A stretch of DNA of 64,000 bases from Fibrobacteria bacterium (GCA_043745805.1 JAYTSD010000017.1:64001-128000); one strand, 5' to 3'. Numbered from the stretch's first letter, positions 42,599-51,979 are shown. A program made the numbers and translations. Notes: generated by a model not told the origin, from the letters alone.

Positions 42599-42914
42599 AA
42601 CTTTAGGCAAGTGGAATATCTTGGATATTAGCGGCCATATTAAGGGAAATGAAGTTTCTCATTTTCGTGCAGCAATTCAAAAATCCATTAGTGAAAGTAA
42701 AAATTTTCTAGTGGCAAATATGGCTGAGGTCGGCTTTATTGATAGCTCAGGCGTGGGGATGTTAATTACCTGTCATCAAGATTTAAAATCTGTGGGCGGG
42801 CAATTAGTACTTATGCGTTTATCGGATGACATTTATGATTTATTTGAAATGACATCCATAGATAGGCTTTTTGAAATTGTGGATTCTGAGGAAGATTTAG
42901 CCTCCAAGGGATAA
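42582..42914 (+). CDS. STAS anti-sigma-factor antagonist
   Basis: VGFIDSSGVGML with the phosphorylatable Ser; overlaps the end of pilS. Confidence 0.9.
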   Translation: MDIKHRTLGKWNILDISGHIKGNEVSHFRAAIQKSISESKNFLVANMAEVGFIDSSGVGMLITCHQDLKSVGGQLVLMRLSDDIYDLFEMTSIDRLFEIVDSEEDLASKG

Positions 42915-42940
42915 ATTCAATAATTTTTATTAAAAACCCT

Positions 42941-42967
42941 TTAAGCTTCGGGATAATTATCCGATAC
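42941..42967 (+). promoter_or_regulatory. sigma28 (FliA)-type promoter of flgM
   Basis: TTAAGCTT-N11-TCCGATAC versus consensus TAAAGTTT-N11-GCCGATAA. Confidence 0.7.
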
Positions 42968-42986
42968 TACTAGTAGGGAAGTAACC

Positions 42987-43295
42987 ATGAAAATCGATCC
43001 AATATATCAAGCGCTCGGTGTTGAAATCCAAAAGGTTTCGGGACAGGCCAAAAATGTAGAGAAAGCGGAGAAAGGCAATAAGCTTGATTCTGTTACCCTC
43101 TCCAAAAAAGCCCAAGAGTTAAGTCGCGCTTCAGATATCGATGCTGTATCACGTCAAATTGCAAATATTCCTGATATTCGTACTGAAAAAGTGCAAACGG
43201 TAAAGGCTAGAGTTGCTGCCGGATATTATGAAACGCCTCAATTTATGGATCAATTAGCAGAAAAGCTTATCAAGGATTTTGGACTTTCCGCTTAA
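42987..43295 (+). CDS. flgM: Anti-sigma28 factor FlgM
   Basis: DSVTLSKKAQEL...PDIRTEKV..VKARVAAGYY...LAEKL, about 100 aa, sigma28-like promoter upstream. Confidence 0.85.
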   Translation: MKIDPIYQALGVEIQKVSGQAKNVEKAEKGNKLDSVTLSKKAQELSRASDIDAVSRQIANIPDIRTEKVQTVKARVAAGYYETPQFMDQLAEKLIKDFGLSA

Positions 43296-43310
43296 ACTCA
43301 CTGTAACGAC

Positions 43311-44150
43311 ATGCGTTCAGTTTTTCTCCTCTTAATTAGCCTTACGTTTCTTTACTCCGAAAAGAATATTGTTTTCGAAAAAGCAAATTCACCGCTTCCT
43401 GAAACCAAAATTAATTTTTTAAATGCTGCGGATTGGAATGATGGGAAAGCCGAAATTTTGAGTTATAGTGTGGAAAAATCCTATCGAGGTGAGGAATTAC
43501 TTTTTAATAGCGATGTGCTTACCGAAAGAGAGTATCTCAATACGAAGTCCGGTATTTGCGCACATAAGGCTGGTGAAGAGGATATAGGGGTATTTGCCAT
43601 GACCTTACAATACCAATTTATCAGTGATACATTAATTACTCAATTTAGTACTTCCCTTAAAACCAATATGGAATGGCCGTTGCATATTATAAGGCAAGAA
43701 ACTGCCATACAAAGTTGGTTGGGATTAAGCTGGAGATCAATCAAACAAAATGAAAATGGTATCCGTCTCTCGCTTTTAAGTAGTGGCCTAGAAGCCAATA
43801 GGGAAAGTGATTTAAATAAAACCGATATTCTTAGCGAAGAATTGCTTTTTTTGTATTTGCGTAACCTTCCATTTGCTTCTGGATATAGCGAAGAAATTTG
43901 GTTACTGGACAGCCAATTTAATGAAAAAGCTCCTACTAATGTGCAGTATGCTAAAATTAAAGTGGAATCTAAAACGGTTAGCGTACAAGAAAGAGTTACT
44001 TGGCCTGTTACCGTAACAAAAGCAGATGGTCAAAAATTATTTTTTTGGATTAGCGTCGATGGTCTGCATCCTATTGTTAAAGCTATTTTAGCGGATAAGA
44101 GTATTTGGAACCTAGAAAAAATTCAGCGCAAAAAATATTGGACTTGGTAA
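43311..44150 (+). CDS. Hypothetical exported protein
   Basis: Signal peptide (TFLYS-EK); no function assigned. Confidence 0.65.
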   Translation: MRSVFLLLISLTFLYSEKNIVFEKANSPLPETKINFLNAADWNDGKAEILSYSVEKSYRGEELLFNSDVLTEREYLNTKSGICAHKAGEEDIGVFAMTLQYQFISDTLITQFSTSLKTNMEWPLHIIRQETAIQSWLGLSWRSIKQNENGIRLSLLSSGLEANRESDLNKTDILSEELLFLYLRNLPFASGYSEEIWLLDSQFNEKAPTNVQYAKIKVESKTVSVQERVTWPVTVTKADGQKLFFWISVDGLHPIVKAILADKSIWNLEKIQRKKYWTW

Positions 44151-44170
44151 AATCAAAACTATTGACAAGC

Positions 44171-44230
44171 TATTCACTAACCTTCACCGCATTGCATTAA
44201 TCTTCACCTCACTTCACATCCCTTCACTAT
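44171..44230. repeat. Array of six 10-bp units with a phased TTCAC core
   Basis: TTCAC at 44173, 44183, 44203, 44213 and 44223, with degenerate TGCAT at 44193. Confidence 0.8.
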
Positions 44231-44279
44231 AAAATAATCCTTACCTTGAATTTTAAAGCGAAAATCACGTTTTTTTAAA

Positions 44280-44296
44280 TTGGCATCGGGTTTGCA
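44280..44296 (+). promoter_or_regulatory. sigma54 (-24/-12) promoter upstream of spoVG
   Basis: TTGGCATCGGGTTTGCA has GG-N10-GC and matches YTGGCACG-N4-TTGCW. Confidence 0.7.
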
Positions 44297-44350
44297 TTAG
44301 AGATAAATTATCGGGGCAAGAGTGCTTCGAGTTAACTCAATGGAGAATAT

Positions 44351-44644
44351 ATGTCTTTACAAGGATTAGAAATTACCAATGTCAATGTTCACCCTATCAA
44401 AGAAAAAAAGCCCGATAGCCAAATCGAAGCAATGGCCAAAGTGGTTTTTAATAATCACTTCGCAGTGAATAGCATAAAAATTGTGCAAGGAAAATTTGGT
44501 TTATTCCTTTCCTTCCCTCGTCAATTTAGTCGTGATGAAAATAAAGGTTATAACCTATGCGCTCCGGTAACACGAGAAATGCGGGAGTATATTTCTGAAA
44601 TTGTTCTGGATCAATATCATATGCAATTAGCGGCATTATCCTAA
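44351..44644 (+). CDS. spoVG: SpoVG-family nucleic-acid-binding protein
   Basis: EITNVNVHPI...AMAKVVFNNHFAVNSIKIVQGKFGLFLSFP...CAPVTREMR; GGAGA SD. Confidence 0.85.
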   Translation: MSLQGLEITNVNVHPIKEKKPDSQIEAMAKVVFNNHFAVNSIKIVQGKFGLFLSFPRQFSRDENKGYNLCAPVTREMREYISEIVLDQYHMQLAALS

Positions 44645-44725
44645 AACTCAAATAATAATTAATCTCTAAAAATGTGATTGCATTTAGAAAAACATTTGCC
44701 TAGATGTAATCACAGGAAAAAATAT

Positions 44726-46270
44726 ATGCTCGCAATTATACATTCGGCTGCTTTACTTGGTATTAATGCCATACCGGTTATTATCGAAGTTGACATTAGT
44801 TTAGGCTTACCCGGTTTTAATTTGGTGGGCCTACCTGATTCCGCCGTGCGCGAAAGTCGGGAAAGAGTTTTTTCAGCTATTAAAAATGCTGGCTATCAAG
44901 TTCCTAGTCGCCGTATTACTATCAATTTAGCACCCGCGGATATACGCAAAGAAGGTACTGCATTCGATTTGCCTTTGGCCATAGGGATTCTCATGGCCTC
45001 GGAACAAATTGAAGCTTTGCCAGTAGGAAAAGTGATCATCTTAGGAGAACTGTCCTTGGATGGTGGTATTCGTCCGGTGCATGGTGCGCTCTCAATTGCT
45101 GCTTTTGGGCAACAGATGCAAGCAGCGGGTTTAATTTTGCCTTATGCAAATTCTGCGGAAGCCTCTTTGGTTTCTCGAGTAAAAATTTTTGGTGTGGAAA
45201 GTTTATCGGAAGCGATTCAAGTTTTACAAAACCCTCAGTATACAGCTCGTCCACCATTACCATTCATCGAAAAACAAGCTGAACCTACCTTAGACTTCAC
45301 GGAAGTAAAAGGCCAAGAACAAGCTCGCCGAGGGTTAGAAATTGCAGCAGCGGGCGCACATAATTTTTTAATGATCGGTAGTCCGGGGTGTGGGAAATCT
45401 TTAATGGCCAATTGTTTGCCTTCGATATTACCCCTTATGACAGAAACCGAAAGCCTAGAATGCACCAAAATTTATAGTGTATCAGGATTGTTATTACCCG
45501 GCGAAGGGCTTTTACGCAATCGACCTTTTCGCGCACCGCATCACACGATTAGCTCGCATGCTTTGGTAGGTGGAGGAACTTATCCTAAGCCTGGGCAAGT
45601 TAGCTTGGCGCATCATGGGGTTTTGTTTTTGGATGAAATGCCAGAATTTAACAAAGGGGTATTAGAGGTGTTACGGCAACCTTTAGAAGAGGGAAAAGTA
45701 ACCTTGTCGCGTACTCAGCAAACATTAACCTATCCATGTCGTTTCATGTTAGGAGCGGCATTAAATCCATGTCCTTGTGGTTATGCGATGGATTCAAGGC
45801 ATACTTGTACTTGCCGACCCGAAGAAATCGCCCGTTACCGGCAACGCTTGTCCGGTCCTTTGCTCGACAGAATAGATTTACATATGGAAATACCAAGTTT
45901 GAATTATGACCAATTGAGTGGAACGGAACCAGGTGAATCGTCTGCAGCCATTCGGCAAAGGGTGGAAAAGGCGAGGGCTATCCAACGCGAACGTTTTGCC
46001 GGTAAAGTGGGCTTATATTGTAATGCGCAAATGACGGGAAAAGAAATTCGGGAATTTTGCAAACTTCAGGAGGATGCTCAAGGTTTATTACGTGAAGCCG
46101 TTGAGACTTTGGGTTTATCGGCGCGTGCTTATGATCGGTTATTAAAGGTGTCGCGCACGATTGCCGATTTAGAAAATGTCGAAAATATTTTGGATTCTCA
46201 TTTAGCCGAAGCTATTCATTATCGTAGTTTGGATAGGCGAGAAAACCAGGTAGGAGTTATGCCTGCATAA
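44726..46270 (+). CDS. comM: YifB/ComM Mg-chelatase-like AAA+ ATPase
   Basis: VGLPDSAVRESRERV, NLAPADIRKEG..FDL, GSPGCGKS, RPFRAPHHT, LFLDE, SGPLLDRID. Confidence 0.94.
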   Translation: MLAIIHSAALLGINAIPVIIEVDISLGLPGFNLVGLPDSAVRESRERVFSAIKNAGYQVPSRRITINLAPADIRKEGTAFDLPLAIGILMASEQIEALPVGKVIILGELSLDGGIRPVHGALSIAAFGQQMQAAGLILPYANSAEASLVSRVKIFGVESLSEAIQVLQNPQYTARPPLPFIEKQAEPTLDFTEVKGQEQARRGLEIAAAGAHNFLMIGSPGCGKSLMANCLPSILPLMTETESLECTKIYSVSGLLLPGEGLLRNRPFRAPHHTISSHALVGGGTYPKPGQVSLAHHGVLFLDEMPEFNKGVLEVLRQPLEEGKVTLSRTQQTLTYPCRFMLGAALNPCPCGYAMDSRHTCTCRPEEIARYRQRLSGPLLDRIDLHMEIPSLNYDQLSGTEPGESSAAIRQRVEKARAIQRERFAGKVGLYCNAQMTGKEIREFCKLQEDAQGLLREAVETLGLSARAYDRLLKVSRTIADLENVENILDSHLAEAIHYRSLDRRENQVGVMPA

Positions 46271-46319
46271 AGCTACTAAAGCCACTCTAAACAATATATT
46301 TTGCTGTGAGTGGTAATTT

Positions 46320-47957
46320 TTAAAAAGTTAAAATGCTTTGGTCCCACATGGCAGGCGCTTCATAGCCCAATAAATTAACCGTAGTAGCTGCGATATTCGA
46401 AAGTCTAAATTCCGAATTAGCAATTTTGTATTTGCCGACATTTTGATTATCATAAAAAATGCAAGGCACTGGATTTAAAGTATGGCTAGTTTTGGGTTTG
46501 AAATTTCCATCTACCGATTTAACTGGCTGTCCGGTTTTTTTATTCAGCTCATACATTTCATCGGCATTGCCATGATCTGCTGTAATAATCGCCATGCCAC
46601 CTAATAAATCGATAACCGGTAATAGGCGACTTAAAGCCAAATCTACTGTTTCAATTGCTAAAACGGTGGGAAAAAAATTGCCTGTATGTCCTACCATATC
46701 GCCATTAGCATAATTCACTCGTGCGGTGCGAAAATTTCCAGTTTTTAATTCTTTAATTAAAGCATCGGTAATTTCGGCGGACTTCATCCAAGGTCTTTCA
46801 TCAAAAGATACGCGGTCGGAAGGCACCTCAATATAGGTTTCTAGCTTTTCATCAAATTTACCGCTGCGATTTCCATTCCAAAAATAAGTGACATGCCCAA
46901 ATTTTTGTGTTTCAGAAATAGCTAATTGCGAAATACCGCTTCCCGCCAAATATTCGCCCATAGTATTTTTGATTTCAGGGGGCGTAACGAGGTAATGTTT
47001 AGGTAACATCAAGTCGCCATCATATTGCAACATTCCGGCATAACAGACTTTTGGGACGCGCATGCGAGGGAAAAAATTAAATTCAGCGTCTTCAAAAGCG
47101 CGGGTAATTTCAATGGCACGGTCGCCGCGGAAATTAAAAAACACCACACTATCATGGTCTACAATGCGTCCAACAGGCTGACCATCTTCTGCAATGATAA
47201 AAGCGGGTAAGTTTTGATCAATGACTTTTGCTTCGCCGCGATAAGTATTAATCGCCTCTTCCGCACTTGCAAATTGCCGACCTTCGCCAAGTACATGGGT
47301 TTTCCAACCTAATTCTACCATGGCCCAATCGGCTTCATAGCGATCCATAGTAACTTGCATGCGGCCACCGCCACTGGCAATTTTTACATCAAAATTAGTT
47401 TCACGAATTTCTTCTAAAAACCTCTCGAAGGGTAATACATAATCCAAGGCCGAGGTTTCGCCCACATCGCGCCCATCAAGTAAAATATGGACGCGAACTT
47501 TTTGTTGCCCTTCTTTTTTGGCACGCACAATCATTGCTTTCAAATGATTAATATGTGCATGCACATTGCCATCGGAAAATAAACCCAGAAAATGCAAGGT
47601 GCTTTGATGATCCTTCACATTTTTTAAAATTTCTTTCCAAGCATCGCGTTCAAAAATTTTACCCGAAGCTAAGGCTTCACTTACTAAGGAAGCGCCTTGA
47701 TTAAATATTTGACCTGCACCAATAGCATTGTGTCCCACTTCGGAATTACCCATATCTTCATCACTGGGCATACCAACTGCTTTGCCATGTGCTTGCAATA
47801 AAGTGTTGGGATATTTTGCAAACAGATTTTTGAGAATAGGCGAATTCGCCTGGGCAATGGCATTCCCTTCCGTATTTTGACTAATGCCAAAACCATCCAT
47901 TACAATGGTAACAATGGGGCCACGGTAACTTGGGAGATGCGAATTGCGCTGTAGCAT
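46320..47957 (-). CDS. gpmI: 2,3-bisphosphoglycerate-independent phosphoglycerate mutase
   Basis: MGNSEVGH, LDGRD, NFRGDR, ETQKFGHVTYF, NGDMVGHTG, TADHGNA. Confidence 0.97.
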   Translation of the reverse strand: MLQRNSHLPSYRGPIVTIVMDGFGISQNTEGNAIAQANSPILKNLFAKYPNTLLQAHGKAVGMPSDEDMGNSEVGHNAIGAGQIFNQGASLVSEALASGKIFERDAWKEILKNVKDHQSTLHFLGLFSDGNVHAHINHLKAMIVRAKKEGQQKVRVHILLDGRDVGETSALDYVLPFERFLEEIRETNFDVKIASGGGRMQVTMDRYEADWAMVELGWKTHVLGEGRQFASAEEAINTYRGEAKVIDQNLPAFIIAEDGQPVGRIVDHDSVVFFNFRGDRAIEITRAFEDAEFNFFPRMRVPKVCYAGMLQYDGDLMLPKHYLVTPPEIKNTMGEYLAGSGISQLAISETQKFGHVTYFWNGNRSGKFDEKLETYIEVPSDRVSFDERPWMKSAEITDALIKELKTGNFRTARVNYANGDMVGHTGNFFPTVLAIETVDLALSRLLPVIDLLGGMAIITADHGNADEMYELNKKTGQPVKSVDGNFKPKTSHTLNPVPCIFYDNQNVGKYKIANSEFRLSNIAATTVNLLGYEAPAMWDQSILTF

Positions 47958-47958
47958 A

Positions 47959-49368
47959 TTAGCGTCCTTTAGGTTTAAAGCGAGTAGATGCTTTGGGTTT
48001 TTTTAAGAAAGAAGATTTGGAAGGATATTTGGCTTCGGCTTTAGTAGCGAATTTTAAAGATTCCAAAGCTGAAACCTTTCCCGTTTTAGGGTTGATTTTC
48101 GCTGCGCCTTTAATTTCACGCGCTTCAGCCTCATGGCTAGGCGGAGGGATACGATTTAATAAACCGAAGCTATCGGGAATTAACAATAACATGACTTCCA
48201 ATTTATCCGTACCAGGAAACATATCCAAAGGAATAATTTTGGAAACCATATAGCCGCTTTTACGCCAAGCATTTAGCTCTTCAGGAATAATATCGGTATT
48301 ACAAAAAATATGCACAATGCGTTGTGCGCCACGTTCGGCTAGTTTTTTAATCACGCCCGCTTCGGTGCCTTGGCGAGGAGGATCCAATAAAATGGCTTCC
48401 GGCTTGTCGCCATACTTGGGTAAAAGTTTTTCTAAAGTTTTTCGCTCGATTTTACCTGCGCGATACTGCACATGCCGTTTTATTTTTCCGCCGGTATTGT
48501 GAGCTTTAGCGGACTCAATGGATTCCCCAAAAGTTTCAATACCAAAAACTTCCGCAAATTGTGGTGCAAAATGATGGCTGAATAAACCATAACCGCAATA
48601 CAAATCGAGCAAGCGATTTTCGGCTTTGGGCTTGAGTAGTTGATTGGCTTTGTCTAATAATTCGGGAAGTATGGACACATTGATTTGCGAAAAGCAAATG
48701 GGATTATATAAATATTTGGTTTCGCCAACCTTAAGGAATAATTTTTCCGGCCCAAAAATATTTTTTAATTTCCAAATGCCTTCCGGCTTACGCTGGTCAA
48801 GATAAAAAGGACTTTCTTCGGGATCGTAAAAAATGAAAGCGGAAACAACTTTGGGTCCAATTTTCTTTAAATGTTCACCTAAAAGTTTTGCTTTGCGCAC
48901 CACTTCACCGCTTAAGTGACGCAAATTAAAAATTACACAAAACTCATCATAACTTCCACGTATCACCAAATAGTTAATGCGCTTGGCGATATAAGCATAG
49001 GCCGGTGAATTTAATTTTTGGGAAAGGAAGGCGTAAATCTCAGCATGGGCTTGTGGTTCGAGCGGAGAAGTAATTTGATTTTTTCTTTCCTTGCTATAAC
49101 CAATGCCTAATAAAAATTGGCCGCCACTCTCAAATACTTTGCGTTTGGAGGTGGTGCGATAATGCCGCGGTAATGGAGAGGGTATGACTTTATTTGGTTT
49201 ATCGGGTAAATGATGGGCTTTCCAGAAATCTTGCAAAGCCTCATTTTTGATTTTTAATTCCACTTCATAATCTAAAAAAGCCATCGGTTCAATATCGGAA
49301 CCTGCTTGGCGTGCTGGAGTATGAGGTCTTAATTTTTCGTGCAGAATTTCAGTAAAAGTCTTTTCCAT
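47959..49368 (-). CDS. TrmA/RlmD-family m5U RNA methyltransferase
   Basis: FSQIN, LDLYCGYG, LDPPRQG, FCN, DMFPGT..LE. Confidence 0.85.
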   Translation of the reverse strand: MEKTFTEILHEKLRPHTPARQAGSDIEPMAFLDYEVELKIKNEALQDFWKAHHLPDKPNKVIPSPLPRHYRTTSKRKVFESGGQFLLGIGYSKERKNQITSPLEPQAHAEIYAFLSQKLNSPAYAYIAKRINYLVIRGSYDEFCVIFNLRHLSGEVVRKAKLLGEHLKKIGPKVVSAFIFYDPEESPFYLDQRKPEGIWKLKNIFGPEKLFLKVGETKYLYNPICFSQINVSILPELLDKANQLLKPKAENRLLDLYCGYGLFSHHFAPQFAEVFGIETFGESIESAKAHNTGGKIKRHVQYRAGKIERKTLEKLLPKYGDKPEAILLDPPRQGTEAGVIKKLAERGAQRIVHIFCNTDIIPEELNAWRKSGYMVSKIIPLDMFPGTDKLEVMLLLIPDSFGLLNRIPPPSHEAEAREIKGAAKINPKTGKVSALESLKFATKAEAKYPSKSSFLKKPKASTRFKPKGR

Positions 49369-49378
49369 GGGGCACAAG

Positions 49379-49798
49379 TTAAGAAATTTTTTGGGCAATG
49401 AGCTCAACAAAATCAGGATGAGAGCCAATATGGGGAAAAAGCGTGAGTTCCAGTGTTGGAAATTGAATTATTGCCTTTTCTAGAGCTTGAGGAATGTCGT
49501 GAATAACATGCATTCCCGAAAAAAGGAATAGGGGCAAGACACCCACTTGATAATGCCCAGCTTTAACCAAAAGGGTTAATGCTTCCACTAAATTGGGGGT
49601 TTGCAGAGTTAAAAAAGCAAAATGCACGACGGTATAATTTTGGGACTTCGCTACCGCTTTACTTAAGGCTTGTATTTCTGCTAATGTTTCGGGAGTTTTA
49701 CTCCCATGGGCCAAAAGTAAAAGTGCCTTTTTCCTTTTAGATTTCGCTAATTGCAGGGTGGGTTTTTTCATTGGTTTCTTTACAATAGACTTCGCCAT
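49379..49798 (-). CDS. CbiX/SirB-type sirohydrochlorin chelatase (short form)
   Basis: LLAHGS, FAFL..P, PLFLFSGMHVIHDIP, HIGSHP. Confidence 0.85.
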   Translation of the reverse strand: MAKSIVKKPMKKPTLQLAKSKRKKALLLLAHGSKTPETLAEIQALSKAVAKSQNYTVVHFAFLTLQTPNLVEALTLLVKAGHYQVGVLPLFLFSGMHVIHDIPQALEKAIIQFPTLELTLFPHIGSHPDFVELIAQKIS

Positions 49799-49839
49799 AT
49801 GCTAAAGTTAAAAATAACTTTCACTTCTCGGATTATTTC

Positions 49840-50151
49840 ATGAGCGCTTTAAATTTAAAAACAGTTTTATTTGCTGAGGAGCCTTGCATTGAGCTTAAAG
49901 GCGCATGCGATCAAAGAAGTTTAGATGTGCTTATTAAAGCTTTTCAAAAGGCTGTTCCTAAAGCCAAAGAATCCCTTTATCTACGACTGACGGAATTAGA
50001 GTATCTCGATAGTTCCGCCTTGGGAGTGATAATGTTTAATTATCATGAGCTTAAAAATAAAAGCGCCAAGCTTATTGTGCTCGAACCCTCCGATGAAATG
50101 CGCGAACTGTTTCATTCTACTTCATTGGATAAAATCATTATTATCCAATAA
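49840..50151 (+). CDS. STAS anti-sigma-factor antagonist
   Basis: LEYLDSSALGVI, 103 aa. Confidence 0.85.
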   Translation: MSALNLKTVLFAEEPCIELKGACDQRSLDVLIKAFQKAVPKAKESLYLRLTELEYLDSSALGVIMFNYHELKNKSAKLIVLEPSDEMRELFHSTSLDKIIIIQ

Positions 50152-50241
50152 AATCAGTTTTTTTTCTGCGCGAATTAATTCTCAATAATTAGCAATCATA
50201 CTTAAATTTATCCTTTGATTAATTGATAAGGAACTCCTCTA

Positions 50242-50997
50242 TTGTCCTTTGCCATTGTATTAGTTGCCCCGGAACAGCCCGAGAATATTGGCTTTGTGGC
50301 TCGATCTATGAAATGCTTTGGACTGACTGAGTTGATTATTGTCGGGCATAAAAGTGCAGGCGACGCTGCTTACAGAACAGGTGTTGCGGCGCAAGAAATT
50401 TTAAACCAAGTAACTTTCTACGAGGATTCATCCAAGGCTTTGGAGAAAGCCTTGAACCCCTTTCAGGAAGCTTGGGGTTTTACGCGTCGGCCAAAAAATC
50501 CAGGTCAACTATGCGAGGACTGGTGGTCTTTTTTATCTCAGAACTTTGCGTCAAGTGAAGCGAGTCTAAGTGCGCTTTCCAATAAGCGTATCGCTTTAGT
50601 ATTTGGCAGAGAATCGGTAGGATTGCATAAGGAGGAAACCTTGTTGTTAACGCATTTGTTACGCATTGAATCCGCTTCGAAAACTATGAGTTTAAATCTC
50701 TCGCATGCCATAACTATAGTGCTAGCTGATTTACAAAGAAGTAAATTATTGGGACATGCAAAACAAGTTGCGCAACCCAAATCAAATGCGAATGCCTTTA
50801 CAAATGGCTTTACATTAGAAGAACGCCATAAAATATTACAACAATGGAAAAGGCTGTTGCAAAGCAAAGGATTTATGCATCCTGAAAAGGAAGCCGCGAC
50901 CACGGAATATTTACAACAGCTTTGGCAAAGATTAAATCCGCAAAAGCAAGAATTAGATTTTTTACAAGGTTTGCTGCGTAAAAGTTTAGGGGATTAA
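50242..50997 (+). CDS. trmJ: SPOUT tRNA methyltransferase, TrmJ/LasT family
   Basis: PENIGFVARSMKCFG, ALVFGRESVGL, SLNLSHA; TTG start. Confidence 0.85.
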   Translation: MSFAIVLVAPEQPENIGFVARSMKCFGLTELIIVGHKSAGDAAYRTGVAAQEILNQVTFYEDSSKALEKALNPFQEAWGFTRRPKNPGQLCEDWWSFLSQNFASSEASLSALSNKRIALVFGRESVGLHKEETLLLTHLLRIESASKTMSLNLSHAITIVLADLQRSKLLGHAKQVAQPKSNANAFTNGFTLEERHKILQQWKRLLQSKGFMHPEKEAATTEYLQQLWQRLNPQKQELDFLQGLLRKSLGD

Positions 50998-51080
50998 AGT
51001 AAATTACAGTGACAAGTTTTATCTTTAATTTGATGGAAAAATCAAGTACCACTTTATTCCCTAGCATTTAACTGAAAACT

Positions 51081-51932
51081 ATGCGGATTTTAAAAAATAC
51101 TCAATTGAAAATTGAAATCATTGATCCCGTAACCGATAGGGAACGGCTTGGTTCGAGGTATTGCCATGGCGGTTATATTTGGCAAGTGCACGATCTTAAA
51201 TTAGGGCCTTTGCTTTCAGGACCAGAATACCCTTTAGCCAATCCCACTCCATTTAGTGGACAAGGTTTACCCGAAGTCTTTGAAATTACCTTAGGCCAAA
51301 ATACGGTACAAATAGGGGAAGATGTGGCGGCCATTGGAGTCGGCTTGGTGACTCGCCAAAGTGAAGTCAAGCCTTTTCATGTACGCGATAATTTATTTGC
51401 TAAATCGGTTTTGGATTGGTCAATAGAAGAATTTTCTGATCGTATATGCATGACTACGACACAACAATTTGGCAAGTACAGTTTACTCTTGCAAAAAACC
51501 GTGAGTATTGATAACCGCAAAGTTACCTCTACCACCCAAATTAAAAACACCGGATCAATTGATTTACCCATTCGTTGGTTTGCACATCCCTTTTTTCCAA
51601 AATGTAAAGATGAGGTATACACAAAATTTTCAGTGGAAGCATTCATGCCGGAAAATAAAGGTTTTGCATGGAATGATCAAAAGCAAATTGTCATGCAGCA
51701 AAAACTGGATTGGAGCAAAGGTTGTTTTCAGCTTTTAGCCTTACCGTTTGGTTATCCGATAACAATTACACAAAATCATCCATTGCTTTCGCAAGTTTTA
51801 ATTGAATGCAATTTTGCATTGGCATGGATGCCAATTTGGGCAAATGATCGCACCTTTTCTTTTGAACCTTATTTCCATACTGTTTTAGCGCCGAATCAAA
51901 ATGTGGAGTGGTCTATAGCTTATGGTTTTTAA
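51081..51932 (+). CDS. Galactose mutarotase/aldose 1-epimerase-like protein
   Basis: IKNTG...WFAHPFF and FSFEPY...W motifs. Confidence 0.6.
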   Translation: MRILKNTQLKIEIIDPVTDRERLGSRYCHGGYIWQVHDLKLGPLLSGPEYPLANPTPFSGQGLPEVFEITLGQNTVQIGEDVAAIGVGLVTRQSEVKPFHVRDNLFAKSVLDWSIEEFSDRICMTTTQQFGKYSLLLQKTVSIDNRKVTSTTQIKNTGSIDLPIRWFAHPFFPKCKDEVYTKFSVEAFMPENKGFAWNDQKQIVMQQKLDWSKGCFQLLALPFGYPITITQNHPLLSQVLIECNFALAWMPIWANDRTFSFEPYFHTVLAPNQNVEWSIAYGF

Positions 51933-51979
51933 AAGTGTTTGGGTGACAATTATTCTGAACCATTTTATTTGCGAGTGAA

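Noticed and set aside
44162-44167. TTGACA as the sigma70 -35 element for spoVG
   Set aside because: No acceptable -10 hexamer 16-18 bp downstream (CACCGC)
44171-44230. Repeat array as CRISPR or VNTR
   Set aside because: Units are only 10 bp with a 5-bp constant core; no 25-40 bp repeats with spacers and no cas genes
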